DNA of 63,872 nucleotides, filler included, from Gonapodya sp. JEL0774 (GCA_027604505.1; 12 parts of 12 records of this genome joined end to end with filler, not necessarily neighbours in it), one strand, 5' to 3'; positions 25,571 through 39,119 are shown, counted from the first letter of the whole stretch. Notes: generated from the sequence alone by a model not told the origin. Translations and numbers: made by a program.

Positions 25571-26752
25571 GATGAGGGGATTCGTTCTTCGGAGCAAACT
25601 TTCGGAGTGATACCGAGGAGGGAATGTGAGAGTGCTTATATCGCATCGCGCAGATCTGCGTGGGGCGTGCCAAGCTTGCGACCATTGTTGTATGGTGTTT
25701 GGATATGGGCGTCTGTTGTGTCCGATCTTTGCCGTGTCAGGGAAAATTTGAGCCCCCACGATGCATCGAGGTCATCGAGCTGAATCATTGAGCGGCACGC
25801 CAACTCGTCATGGCAGCCGAGTGTTCTATACCATTTTCTGGAGGATTCATTGTCGGGGCCGCTGAACAAACCGCGAGGCAACGACTCATGATCAACCCTG
25901 GCGCGACAACAAAACCTGAGGGCGAATTCATTCATTTTCATCACCCTAACTGCAAGTCCAGGCGGGCACCATCATCCGCAAAAGTGGCGTAAATTCCAGA
26001 AGCCTTCTAAACTGAAAGGTCGAACCGGGCTTCAGAATCTGCATTTTGTCCCTGGCCGCTGCACACAAGCTGCACAAGGACCTCTGCAACATAACAGATC
26101 GTGACCTGGTCCAAACAAACATAATCTTCGGGGCCATCACCAATGTCAAAGTAGCGCCGAGCTAATCACGGGTCTTCATCCTTTCTCCATTTGCTGGATG
26201 CTTTCGGCTGTTTGGCGATAGCTATTGGGTGAGTCATGAACCTTCCTGTTTCATGCGGACTATGTGGTATAGCAACAAAACTACATATATATTACAAAAT
26301 ACGTACTGTTGTTCTGGTGGATGTGAGTTCCTCAATTCATGGAGAATCGTCATTGTCGTCACTGCGTCATCCAGATGTATTAGTCACTCGATTTTATTTT
26401 CTTATATGCAGTACTATTGTTTTGCAGATCTGTTTGCTGGGAGATCGAGATTGGACACCAAGTACATTCGTTGGATGAGGACTTGCTCATGTCCACTATC
26501 AAGACCAGAACATTTCAAGGGTCAAAGGGCGCTATATCGCATCCAGCGCACTTGATCGTACCGCCGCAATGCTCTTTGGCGCCATGGAGCCCTCGCATAG
26601 TCATCGATTACTTCAGAGTTTCCGCTGCTCTGAGACGAATTCGAAAGGAAACNNNNNNNNNNNNNNNNNNNNNNNNNNNNNNNNNNNNNNNNNNNNTTAA
26701 TTAATTAANNNNNNNNNNNNNNNNNNNNNNNNNNNNNNNNNNNNNNNNNNNN

Positions 26753-26859
26753 CTACTCACACCCGTCAGGTTGATGGGGGGTGTGGTGGTTTGGGCGATG
26801 GACGATGGAGCCATGAAAGCCATGGCTGCGAGCGACAGAAACGATAGTATTGGTGCCAT
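26753..26859 (-). CDS. First exon of a secreted protein (truncated)
   Basis: MAPILSFLSLAAMAFMAPSSIAQTTTPPINLT followed by a GTGAGT donor at the contig edge. Confidence 0.55.
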
Positions 26860-28581
26860 TTCAGACTGTGTATTCCGGCGGGCGGGCAAGGATGAGCTGG
26901 GGATCGTTGGGGCTTTGTAGTACCAGATTGCCGCTTGAAATTGCGTGGCGTCCGAAACCTGATGGAAAGTTTTCCTTTGGTCCGACAATGGATCGACTCT
27001 TTCCACTTTTGGCAAGAATAATGAAGCGATCAATCGATCAAACGAAGCGCTATAAATTATTTCGCGGTCTTGATCCGTGGTGACGTTTTCGCCCTTCGCG
27101 GATGCTGAGCCATCGGGTGATTCACTCATGAACTGCACGACCAAGACTCGGATCAACGATACCTGCAGAATCACCGTCAAAGAATTTTCAATTCTACTTG
27201 GTGTCTCGTATGATTCAAAACAATTGGTGTAATTGTAGTAGCTGTCTGCCCCGTGCATATTTGCTGTCAGTTCACGAAGTGCGGGATCATGTTTCGGTTG
27301 GGGATTACTCATTCCACCTCTCCCCGTCTGCATAAAAGTTTCGGGTGGCTGTTAGACCACTTGTTACCTACCTGTTAAGCACAGTGATCGCTGTCGGCCG
27401 GACAACGATCCATAATCAACGCGTACACTGACTCAGACTGTCATGTCAACTGCGAAACAATATCGAGAGCATACTTGTGGTGTAGTGACGGTGGCCTTAC
27501 AGTAACACAGGTGAAAACATGAGCGGGGATTGCAAGCAATGCTCGCGTGGGGAATCATGTACGATATGAAGCTAAGAGCCTCACACAGAACTCAACTACA
27601 AAATTCTATGATGCTCGGTAGCATGTAATATGTTGCGATGTCACTCCCGTATATGGGATTGTGGCAGCTGACACATACGTGGACTATATGTATAATTCTT
27701 TATAGGAACTGAGCATCCGACATTCGAACCCACCAATGCGCATCAACAGTTCTCTGCCATCGCGCCCAGTATCGCCAAATCGTTCTTGGTTTTGAGAACG
27801 CCCAGATGATGGATCAAGGAAACTGCCTTGTACGAACTAAGTGACACAGTCTGCAGCTGCTGCGGCGCCTGAGTATGCATAATACTTGATGCGAACAGCA
27901 ACTCCCAGGCTTGGGGCATCTCAATTTGAATTCTTTGAATTGTGGTACGTGCGTGTGCCAGTTTCATATGTTCCTGGAATATATTCTCCAATATAATAAT
28001 GATGACGACAGGCTCGTGCACAGCCTCCGATCACACAGAAAAACAGAAACCTGTTCCGGTTCTCCACCGATACGCGTTCATGTGAATCATCGAAACTTTT
28101 CCACTAGAATCTCAGAGATGACGTTTTTTCTCTGATTCCAATTGTTACTTGCTATCCTATCAGTTGCCTGAGCTTGCTTTCATTGTCCGCTCCGCGGTCC
28201 GCTCAGGAGATCCGAGGAAGTGATTTGTAAACTGTACAAGCAATCTTATTCGTGCTTCGTTTGATCTCCTGAGTTCTGTTCCACCGGCAATTCATAAAAG
28301 CTTTGCGTGCTCCGGTTCAGGGCTCAGTGCCGCGGACCTGCGCGGACGTGTTCCAAGCACACGTAACGGTTCAAAATATAGGTTCCGCAACCGGTTCACT
28401 TTTTCATAAAACTGAACAAAATTCGCAGCTCCATTTCCATTACACATCCAAAGTTCCAATCGACGCTCGCAAGCGCACGGAGCTCAACTCGCGAATACTT
28501 GAAGCACCATATCCAGCAGAAGTGATAGCTGCTCCCATATATTACCAGCCTCCCCATCCACTGCTTTTCCCTTCATCCGAT

Positions 28582-30315
28582 ATGTCGATAAAACTTCAAG
28601 TTCCACGCATGACATTCGGCTCTCAATCTCGCAATCCCTCGCCATCCGCTGCGATGCCCAAACTCCCCTTCGGTCGTGGGTCCACAGTGGTCACAGCGAA
28701 TCGCGCCCGCTGGAACATTGCTCAGGACGTTTTCGGGTCCGGTAGCTTCGCTGTAGTTAGGAATGCAATCAACTTGGAAACGGGCGAGAAGGTGAGCGAC
28801 GCTTTTCAATCGTGTGGAGGAGCCGTTCTTCGAATCGGCGGGCTGCTCAGGTTGAGTCACTTGCTGACCCCAAAGCTTCATTTTCTTGCTTAGGCAATCG
28901 TAAAAATGTGCTCGATGGCACCATCGGACGCACCCGCAAACCACACGTTGTATGCCTGGCGCGAGCTCGCCACCCTGGCCCACGCATCCTCACTCCAACA
29001 CCCCAACATTGTCCGACTCCTCGATGCAGCGGTTGTTGGAGACGCAGTCTACATCTTTGAAGAAAAGCTCGAGGGTGTGGAGCTGTTTCAGTTCTTGGTG
29101 AGCAGCTATTTTCTCTCCGTGTCTTTGCATTCCCCTGTTCACCAACTCGTCCTGCACCCTACAGACCGAGAATGGGGGAAAGCTGCCCACTCAAACGGTC
29201 CGCCACATCACCGCCCAACTCCTCTCCGCACTCAACTTCCTCCACGAGCACCAAATCCTCCACCGAGATATCAAGGTGAGTTTGTCGTCATGCTCCTTCA
29301 AAAGTCTGCACTGGCGATGGCTCACGGGTTTTTGCTTTTTGCATCGTTTGCTTAGCTCGACAACATATTCATCGACCCTAAAACCTATCACATTACCCTT
29401 ATCGACTTCAACCTCTCCACCTTCTTCCACTCTGACATTCCGATTATCGAACCTGTGGGGTGAGTCCTGTCTTTTATCCCTCGAATTACTACAGAATCGT
29501 TGATCTTATGATTCCCCATTAATTGCAGGTGTGTAAACTACAGCAGCCCGCAAGTTCTGGCTGCCTCGCGAGGATACCCCTACATGCCTGAACACGGGTT
29601 CTCAGACCTGTGGGCACTCGGTGTTGCAGTTTACGGAATGCTGGTCGGATTCTTCCCTTTCCGCTCCGAAGATGCACGACACTTGACTCGAGAACACAAC
29701 GCACTGTCAACAGCACCACTTCGCTGGTACGGACCAGAGGTCGACCCCCTCGCCCGCAACTTTGTCGAGCGAATCCTCTCTCCGTTCTCGGAGGGAAAGA
29801 TCTCTGCCTGGTTGCTCATGCACGACCCTTTCGTTGCTGGTCACGAATCCTTCGAGGCGAACGCAAAGCTTGCAGAAACCGTGCATCCACTTGCCAAGCT
29901 GGTGTCCGAAGACGAAGACTTGGTCTCGAGGGATCTGGACGTACAACTCGAGGCCGCCAAACGGTTCGTGGGGAGCTTTGTGCAGTGGAACACACATCGA
30001 GAAATCGCGAAAGCGAGATCAGCATCCCCTTTACCCCTCTTGGATTCCAACCTCCTCTCCGTCCCCGGCGCCTCCCTGGACGGCCGCCGAAGCTCCGCGT
30101 CTACCGTCGCATCGACCAGCTCACGTGCCAGCAGCTCTGACTCTGCACGAACCATGGTGTCTATCGATACCGTATCGGATGCAGCGTCAGTGTCATCAAA
30201 GTCCAGCAACCGATCGTGGAAGGTGTTTGGATCGCGCGGTGGCCATTTGAAAAATGGGGTTGTGGAAGGGCGGAAGTCCTCTTTGGGGGGGATGTTCGGA
30301 TGGAAAAAGATTTGA
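28582..30315 (+). CDS. Ser/Thr protein kinase, CAMK-like, with variant motifs; 4 introns
   Basis: GSGSFAVV, AIVK, HPNIVRL, ILHRDIK/LDNIF, IDFNLS, G/CVNYSSPQ, DLWALGV...GFFPF. Confidence 0.92.
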
Positions 30316-30802
30316 GGACGTACATGGACATCATCCTCGTTGACCGTGTGAGCAAATCTGCACATGGTCTGTAAATTTGTCAGAAGATTTTGTAGCAAAG
30401 CATCACCGTATTTGTATATCCATTTCAGAATTAAATCGTGTGTGTTCCTCCAGAATCACTTTGTTGCCTGTCCCGCGCGAGTATCCCGGCCCCAGTAGAG
30501 CTGCGACGTATTGCAACAGCCCGCCTTGCAATACTTTTGGAGACTGCGTACTCGCAGTATGCCCAGATCAGGAACGTGGTAGAAGGAGCCGCGGATGTAA
30601 CTCTGTATTTGGATTCGCAACTCATTGTGAATTAACCCGGTGTAGAGGGCTCTCAAGGCATATATTCACTGATATATTACTTATGATTCCTGTGCCGAAT
30701 AGAACGTCTTGGTTTCGTAAGCTCGATAACGGTGGTCCAAACCTGTGGGCTCGAGCAACGGTCGAGCCAACCAGTTCAAACCCACCGAACGAAACAAAAA
30801 CG

Positions 30803-31984
30803 ATGCTCGCAATTCCATCGCGGATGAATTCCCTGCCATCAACGCCGTCCACGCCTCTGACACCTCCGCCTCTCGACGATGATTTCTTTGATTCCCCTGA
30901 GAGTCCTCCTTTTCGTGCTCCTGCACCACAGATGTTACTCAGCACACCGACTGCGGACAGTTTGATGTTTAACGCGACACCCGTGATAGATTCGTTCGAG
31001 ATTGGCAGACTGTACCCCCGTGCGCCGACCAACTTGTATATTCCGGAGGAGAAAAAACGGGGCGCGAAGGATGCGGAACCAAGCTCACACTCCCGAGCAC
31101 CTTCGGAAACTCCCTCACTTGCACGGTCGGAACGCAACTCTATCGCCAACGACGCAGTTTTCTACACCAGTCTCTACTATAATCACGTTCTCGCGGGTCT
31201 TGGATTCATCAATGGGAGACGGTGGTGGAATCGGTGAGCCCAAGTCAGCTGAGGGAGGCACGGAGTCAATCTGACATCATGACGAGGTCGTCAGAATCAC
31301 ACCCAACATTATCCTCGGTGCAATACCAGCTCATTCTATGCTCGAAGACCTCGTCAACAACCAGATGGTCTGTGCCGTGCTTTCCGTCATCGAACCGAAC
31401 CGTTTATATGTCGCGTCCACAGAAGAATACGATAAACTGAGGGTCCGTTGGCTAAACCTCGATGCCGATGATTTCGCGCCGCTTGACTATGAAATGCTCG
31501 TTCGGGGTGTAGAGTGGATCGAAGAATCATTACGAGACGTGTACTCAATCATCGGAGAGTCGCTGTCTCGGGTCAGTCGGTATGGAGTGTCATCGTCTCT
31601 CTCATCAACGGACTCCGTTAGGTCATCGCGATCCAGGAGGCACAGTGTTGTAGGCATGGGAGTGTCGCAGTGGAACAGAACACCTGGAGAAGAGCTGACT
31701 TCGTTCCCTGACCCCATGAAGTACTCGGACACTGGATACACAACCTTTGGTAAAACTGTCTATGTACATTGCAAGGTACGTGTGTAGCTGTTTTTGGGGC
31801 TACCTCTTGGGTCTCTTACGTTCGCCTGTACATCATTACGCCTAGGCCGGTCGAAGCCGCTCCGCTGCAGTGGTCATTTCTCACCTTATTCGCCGATATG
31901 AATTGACATTGGAAGAGGCACATGACATTCTTCAACGCAAGAGACCTCAGGTTCGTGTTAGTAGTTGGCCAGGAGTAAAACTGT
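30803..31984 (+). CDS. PTPMT1-like dual-specificity/phosphatidylglycerophosphatase, 3'-truncated
   Basis: FYTSLYYN...RWWNR/ITPNIILGAIP...DDFAP...KTVYVHCK/AGRSRSA...ILQRKRPQV. Confidence 0.85.
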
Positions 31985-32785
31985 NNNNNNNNNNNNNNNN
32001 NNNNNNNNNNNNNNNNNNNNNNNNNNNNTTAATTAATTAANNNNNNNNNNNNNNNNNNNNNNNNNNNNNNNNNNNNNNNNNNNNGGTTTCAAGTCGTGGA
32101 AAGGGAAGATTCCAAGACAGTTACGTTCCATACTGACACGAAATACCGTTCTAAGCTTTCGCGGTATTAACTCACGCGACGGACATCACGCGGGGTGAGC
32201 TACGAAGGATGGATGCTCGTACGGCAGCTTGTGATTGGAACAACGGTGGCAGGTCATTCCGAGCAATCAGCAGAAAGGAACGGAAGGGCCGGTAGGAGTG
32301 GAAAGAAAAGGATGCACAGAGGACTGGCGGGATGTCTACCAAGCAGGGATGCCTGTGACTGTATCTCTTTGATCCCGCGAGTCTGCAGTCCCGAAAATTT
32401 TCGCCTCGTATTCCACGTTCCTTCTCACCAACACCTTGCCCGCTTACCGTTCGACGCCAGAACCATAGTGCGTGCAGATGCCATCGTCTGTCTTTAGTTT
32501 GGATGAGCCGGTGGGCGGAAACGACGGAGTTGAGGTTAGCGCGAGAAGGGGGATCGGGTCTGTGCACCCACAAATTTGACAAAAAACTTGTGATGATTGA
32601 TCTACAGTGAGAAGGTAATGAACTCGAAAACAGCAGCTTCGAAGTGAGAGAATGGTAAAATCACAGTTCAACTGGAGTGAGCACCTGGATTTTCTTCAAT
32701 TCTGGTAATTATCATTGTACGCCGCATCTTCTGTCTGTGTGGAACTGTTTGAGGGCACAAAACTGGTCGATTTCACGGTGTCAAG

Positions 32786-34230
32786 CTAGAAAATTTCACA
32801 TAGATTCACCCGAGACATCATCAGCGATCGGTGCACCTGTATAAGATTGCCGGCCCCCAATGGAGCGCAACCCCCAAGTGTTATATCTGCTGTCCACACA
32901 CTTTCTTCCCCAAGGGGTGTCTGGGACACTACCCCCCAGTAGAAGAAAATCTTTGTGCGTGTTGAACGAGCGTCCACAACGGCATCAACTGCAAGTTTCC
33001 CCGCCATATCCGGTGTTACCCCAATATCCATGAGACTCAATGTTCGAAGCTGCGGCAACCCTACCAGAGTCTGTAAAACGTCCTTCACTAGGCACGGTTG
33101 GTAATTTGCGAATTCAAGAACCACAAGGTTGGGACAATGTCTGACAACGGATTCCACCACCTCACTTGAAAACCACTGTCGGTGTGCATCAAGTGTATCA
33201 CCAACGACATTTAACTGCCGGTTCTGTTGTCGCTCGTAAGGTTCCAATCTCAGAGTATGGAGCTGGCCACCTATCGCCGCCAGCAGGCTGACAATTTCAG
33301 ACCAGTTACATCGATACTTTTGGAGTTGGAGTGCCGTCAACTTTTTGAGGTTGTGTAGAAACCCAAGTTTCCATGGTCGCCCGATGAAAGTGGGAGTAAT
33401 CGAAAGACTTTCGAGGACACTGAAGTGTTCGAGGTCTTCCAAGTTTGTTATCCGATCGAGATCAATTGCAAGAACTTTCAATTGGTCCTGAAGGTGTGAT
33501 GGAAGTTCGAACTTCTCGTATCCATCTCCGAGATGGTGCCCAAACACCTCCAACTTCTCGCTCTTGGCAAGGGCCTTTCCTACATCCCAATTCTCGGAGA
33601 GATCGTATTCGGATTCCACAGTTAGCCTCTTCAGATTTCCCAGCAGTGGATCAAATATCTCCCAGACAGCCGCGAACTCTTCATCTTCCTCCGCCACGTC
33701 CCAAAAGTCTAGTGCCTTGACATCCTCGTGCAGAAACGGCTGGAGGAAGAGAGTGGCCAGTCGACCGTTGTTCCATGCTGCAAAAGCAGTACCGACGAAA
33801 TCGATTGTCAAGTGTCGTAGCCGTATGAGTTGCTTGGAGTGGTGTGGGAGTGCGTCAAAGGCGGCTAAGCGGAGTGGAGTTTTCCGAGAATGGTCGAACA
33901 CCCATGTACGCTACAGGACAGGGAAAGTGATTTGATGCCATAGCTTACTTTGGTGTTTCGTTGCGTTTTCGTACCAACAAGTTTCGGATGTAAGAAGAGA
34001 TCAATGATTCGGAATCCACATTCCGCATATTGGAATTGCTTTGCCCACCTCACACGAGCACATGCGGCCAAATCCGAGTCTCTATTCAATCTCGACACGA
34101 TGCGCTCAACAATCTCAGGCACGACGACACGGGGGACGGTAGGCGACATCGAAGTTGGATCAGGTGTCGAAGTTTCGAAGGAGCGCCCGTTCTCCTGATT
34201 GACAGAATGGTTCGGAGATGACATTTGCAT
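32786..34230 (-). CDS. F-box-like/LRR (RNI-like) protein
   Basis: VPEIVERIVSRL...DLAACARV, then leucine-rich repeats (LKRLTV, LESLSI, LHTLRL, HCPNLVVLE, LRTLSL); the 5' region probably contains one or more introns. Confidence 0.75.
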
Positions 34231-34485
34231 AGGTAGGAAATGTTACTGACGATCGTCGGCAAAACGGGAGGAGCTTGCCATCTCGATGGCGGGGCGACGA
34301 CGTGCGTAAGGAGCAATTCTGCGGCAGAACGACAATTCATTTATCAGCGACATGTACAGCTCGTGTTAATCGATTTTCTATTACAATTGCAATCTTCTCA
34401 ATTGATTCTTAGTGCATGTGTCAAGCTTGGGCGGGTCTGCCTACAATAGATTATATTATGGCATAAGCTACAAACTCCTGCAACT

Positions 34486-36079
34486 CTACTTTCTCATCTC
34501 AATCTCAGTCAAGTTGACGCGAGATCTCATCAGCGATCGACAGACTCTGCCACGGTCATGTTCATGAGCAGTCAATGGCGCGCAACCTCCAAGTGTTCAG
34601 TCGGCAGGACCGATCATTTCCTCCTTTGATGTACTTTCCGACTGTATTCCATCTTCCGCCCACATGAACAAAATTCTAGTTCGCTTCTCTCTAGCATTCA
34701 TAATCGCGTCCGCTTCAAGTTTCTCAGCCGTACTGTGAACCACCTTGGTGTCCATCAAACTGAGAGTTTCGAGCCGTCGCAAACAGTCCAATATCCTTCC
34801 AACAGAAGAGAGGAAGCACCGTAAGTAATCTGCAAGTTCAAGAACCACGAGATTGGGACAATGCACGATGATCGATATACCAGTTTCGACCGAGGAGCGT
34901 TGGACATTGACTCGAACGACGGCAGTTTGCTGAAGATATCCGGGCGGCCAGATATAGCTATTCCCGTGGCCGCACTGATCGAGAGCCGCGCGTAGCTCTG
35001 CCCGACCCAAAACGAGGGCGAGTATCCACCACCTCATCCGCAAACCGGGTGCAACATCTTTCGAGTCTTTCTACGGTGATGGGAGGAGGTAGGTTCCACT
35101 GTCGAAAGTTGGGTTCCAATCGCAGTGTGTGGAGCTGCCTCCCCATTTGTGCGAGAAAGCTCAAAATTTCGGACCAGTCGCATCGGTATTCATGAAGGTG
35201 GAGTGCGGATAGTTTCGTAAAGTTGTGTGGGATGCGAAGGGCGATATGATATACGGGTAAGGGAGAGACTCTCCAGGGCTTGAAACTTGTAAAGTTCATT
35301 AAGGTTTGCAATCCTGCCAGCGTCTGCGGCCAATACCTTGAGGCAGCGTTCTAGGTGCATTGGTAAGGAAAATCGCTCAAGTCCATCTCCCTCGTGATGT
35401 CCAAACACCTCTAATTGTTCACACCCAGCAAGTGCCTGCCCCACATCCCAATTCTGGGAAATGTCACAATCTGACTCCACTGTTAGCCTTTTCAAATTTC
35501 TAGTTTGCGAAGCGAACAAATTCCACACTGCTGCAAACATCTCGTCGTCTTCAGGTACATCCCACAGGTCCAAAGTTCTGACATGTTCGTGAAGGCACGG
35601 CTCGCGAAGAAGAAGGATCAATCGATCGAGATCCCACAAAAAAAGGCTTCCGAGAAAGTCTATTGTGAATCTTCGCAGGCGGATGCATTGTTTGGAATGG
35701 TCAGAGAGTTTGTCGAATGCCGCGATCCGTTTAGAATTCTTCGGGGAGTGGACCCACTTACACCATAGAGCAGAAAAGGAGATCGGATTACAGAGTCGCC
35801 TTTCCGTGTAATTATCGATTTCGTTTTATGGAGCGTGGGTGATTTGACGGGATATTGAATTATCCGATGCAATTTGACGGGATGAATCAGACGACGCGTT
35901 CCCTGTGAACTCACCATACACGAGCGCAGACAGGTAGATCCTCATCTTTTGACTTTTGAAATGATTCGATCCACAAGCTCGGAGGTTAAAAGAACCCGAG
36001 ACACAGCGGAAATGGGACTAGCATAGCGCGTAGAGTCGACGCCTCGAGAATTGATGGTATGCTCCTGAGAGAATTCCAT
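34486..36079 (-). pseudogene. Disrupted tandem paralogue of the 32786-34230 F-box/LRR gene
   Basis: Collinear homology over the whole length; frameshifts near 35945 and 35240, a ~148-bp insertion at 34876-35023, and an in-frame TGA at 34597-34599 followed by continued homology (TLGGCAPL...RSLMRSRVNL). Confidence 0.85.
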
Positions 36080-36363
36080 GAGCGGTACGCGAGCGAGGAG
36101 TGAATGCGCTTGAAAGGGAAGTCCAATTATGGTTCAGAGTTGGTGGATTCCAAAGATACCTGATCGACACGAACTTCATATTTATTAGTTAGTAGCCAAA
36201 CTTTTGCTTGTTCATTTTGTAGAGTAAATTTAGTGATTCGTACATATAAACTCACAGTAGCCATACTCAAAAATGTCAGATATACCTCCAGTAACGAATG
36301 CGCAGTCGCAATGGATCATTACTCAAAGTCCGCTTCCTCATATTCTCGGAGACGTCAAATCAA

Positions 36364-37310
36364 TTACACTCCCTCAAAGATCCCTGAGGTCCTTTCAATG
36401 TGTGCCGGTAAAGTTCTCGCCCGGGCCAAACCATTGGGGCTCATAACATCATTCGTTGCATTGTTCCCGACCGTGTACTCCGGCCCCCGGTACTCCCCAT
36501 CGTCATCATAGTAGTCCTCGTCATCTTCCGCCTCAGCAAGTTCGCGCTCTCTTGCGGCTGCAACACGGTCTTGAAATCGCTGTGCAGCGGGAGAGAGCGC
36601 ACTTTGCAATCCTCCTGCACCTAGCCGAGATGACAAGGGGGATCTCGCACTCAGTTGTGAGGGTGAAATGGCTGCCCTTTCGACGCCGTCGCTGCCGCTT
36701 TGATGCCTCCGATTTGCGTCCAGATTGAGCACCAGACGCGGTCTTCCACTAGCGCCATCCTTTCCAGTTTCTAGTGACGTGCTGCGAAACAATAATACCG
36801 GCCGCCGTCCGGGAGCCACTGCCGCGGGCCCTGCAGTCTGAGTAGACTGCACCAACTGTTGTCCTGGCTGTTGCCCACGCAATGCTTGCATCATCAACAG
36901 ATTGGGACCGCCCCCGAGTCCGATTGGAGAATGGGGAAACTGGAGAGGCGGACCAGACCCATCCTGTGTCAGAAGCGGTCCTGGCGCAGAGAGTCCCCTC
37001 GCTGGAGGCGGGGGAGCCATGGTTTGTGGTGGCGGCGGAGTGATATACCCTTCGTCATCCGTAGGTGGCGCCGATAACAAATCCCCATGCGAGCGGCTAA
37101 AATGGTCCGTTTGTCGAGGTGGAGTCGTTTGGTGATCGAACGATTGCCGCGAACTTGTCGGCTCGGTTCCTATCGAGAATCGTGAGCTCCGCCGCTTGTC
37201 GCTCGAACTTCGCCGGTTCTCCCCGTTGCTTGCAGATATTCGTTTGGAGTTCCGACCACCTGGTGACTCTAGGGCAGATGCGCGTCGGGGAGTAAGTTCT
37301 TCCTCCGAAT
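36364..37310 (-). CDS. C-terminal disordered Ser/Pro-rich part of an unknown protein (5'-truncated)
   Basis: Frame is open from the contig edge to the stop at 36364; no recognisable domain. Confidence 0.6.
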
Positions 37311-37410
37311 NNNNNNNNNNNNNNNNNNNNNNNNNNNNNNNNNNNNNNNNNNNNTTAATTAATTAANNNNNNNNNNNNNNNNNNNNNNNNNNNNNNNNNN
37401 NNNNNNNNNN

Positions 37411-38456
37411 ACGTATACCCAAAGTCTGACTCCGTCTCCAGAGGCATCCTCACCTGTTCTATCTCCCACACCCAACGACACTAATGGTGCGAACAATTCC
37501 ATTCCACCTGCTGGCATCGTGGGAATCGTTGCGCTTGCTTTGCTTGCCCTGTTGATGCTCGTGGTGATGCTGAGGAGGTGGACTTGGAAAGGTGGAAACG
37601 TCCATGGTGGAACAGACTCCAAGTTGGAAGCGGAGCGTGAGTTTCGTTGTGCGGTTTTCTATTAGGATCATTGCATCATAGACAATTCACCACGCTCCTT
37701 TGCATCAATGTAGCGGGTAGTGCAAATGTCTCTCCCCCACCGTCTGCTCGGTCCGCGCTCAGCAGCATTTTCTACCAAACCCTCTCTTCTGCTCGACGAG
37801 ATTCTGCAGGTCCATCTGCATTCATTTTTACCCTTTACCCTTTCGGTCGCCGTGCCTCCATCCCGTCCCAGTTCCTCTCCCCAACTGCTCGCCACTCGAC
37901 AATTACTTGGGGTACGGTGGATAGTAAAGCCTCGCCCCTTCCTCCGCACTCGATATCCTCCCCATCAAGCCGAATTTACAGTTTGCGATCAATCGCCGCC
38001 TCGAATGCTGCCCGCAGTGCAAGCATCGCGAAAGTCAATTCGCAGACATTCTCCAGCCTCTCTTACCCGATAGGCAGCCGCTCGTCCAATCTACCTTCCG
38101 AACCGTCTTCTGGATACAGCAGACAGAGTCACGCTTCTTCGTTCCTCCCACCGTACGCCGGCAGAAACCAACATGCTGTTTCTCCACCGTCTCAATTTTC
38201 CCAGTCGACTAGTGCTTCGTCATTCTCGGCTGCTACTAGTATATCGGTGGATCCGACTCCTTTTGTCTGGCCCGCGTCTCCTATACCAGGTCAAAAGTCA
38301 ATCAGTCTTCAGCCGGAAATGACGCCCATCGGACCGGCGTCAGACTTCTCACAAACGCTCTCGAACCCCATCAGCACGCTTACGACTCCCCAGGCTTTGC
38401 ATCGGGCAGCTGATGTGGGAGAGATTGGAGGATTGACGCTTGTGCGCGGCGTGTGA
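37411..38456 (+). CDS. Single-pass membrane protein with Ser-rich cytoplasmic tail (5'-truncated)
   Basis: ...NNSIPPAGIVGIVALALLALLMLVVMLRRW TM helix, intron from about 37637, then a Ser-rich exon. Confidence 0.65.
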
Positions 38457-39119
38457 TCAAGAGTGGTATTGGGTGGAGGGACGTCTGGCCGAGTGTAGGT
38501 CCGGGTTCTCGCACTGGATGAATTCTATCATGATCACTGTCCGGGGTCGGCTGGTTCGACCTCTCTGGCTCTCTGTTTTGCATACAGCATCGGTTTCAAC
38601 CGCCGGCGGTTTTACCTCGATTAGGGTGCAGGACATTTTCTATTTTTGTCGCCATGACCCCAACACCTTTTGGACTTCACCGAGACATACATATAGATCG
38701 AATGTACATTTGTAAAATAATCACTGGACAACAATGGAAGTCACTTGGAGTGTTAGGAGAACTGCATTACGGGAAGCAAACAAAAACTCTGTCATTCTTT
38801 GTCTGCGGCCTTCAAAAGTACATTTACAATGGCAGTCAAGAAACCCGGACAACCGCGATCACCGAGAATATGATCATCGAATGCATTTGCGTCGATCGTG
38901 GCGATTCAAAATGAAATCAGTATCCACATCGTTAGGACACTCCGCGGCATTTGCTCTCCGATGATCACCGCAAGAGGGTGCCCTTTTTCTTAAACAAAAA
39001 GAAGATGGAGGTTCTGGATTACCGGATTCCCTCCTGCAATTCCGAATCGACGCGTCGAGCGAATCCGCAGAACGCTTTGCGAATCCAATTCCCCCACGGA
39101 CGTTGTGATCGACATCAAT

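Noticed and set aside
26860..28300. Long gene-free region with short ORFs
   Set aside because: Consistent with a divergent intergenic/promoter region; no structured RNA or repeat recognised
34597..34599. In-frame TGA/TAA codons (also 59709, 60537) as recoding or an alternative genetic code
   Set aside because: The same genes also carry frameshifts and insertions, and intact genes here terminate at TGA, TAA and TAG
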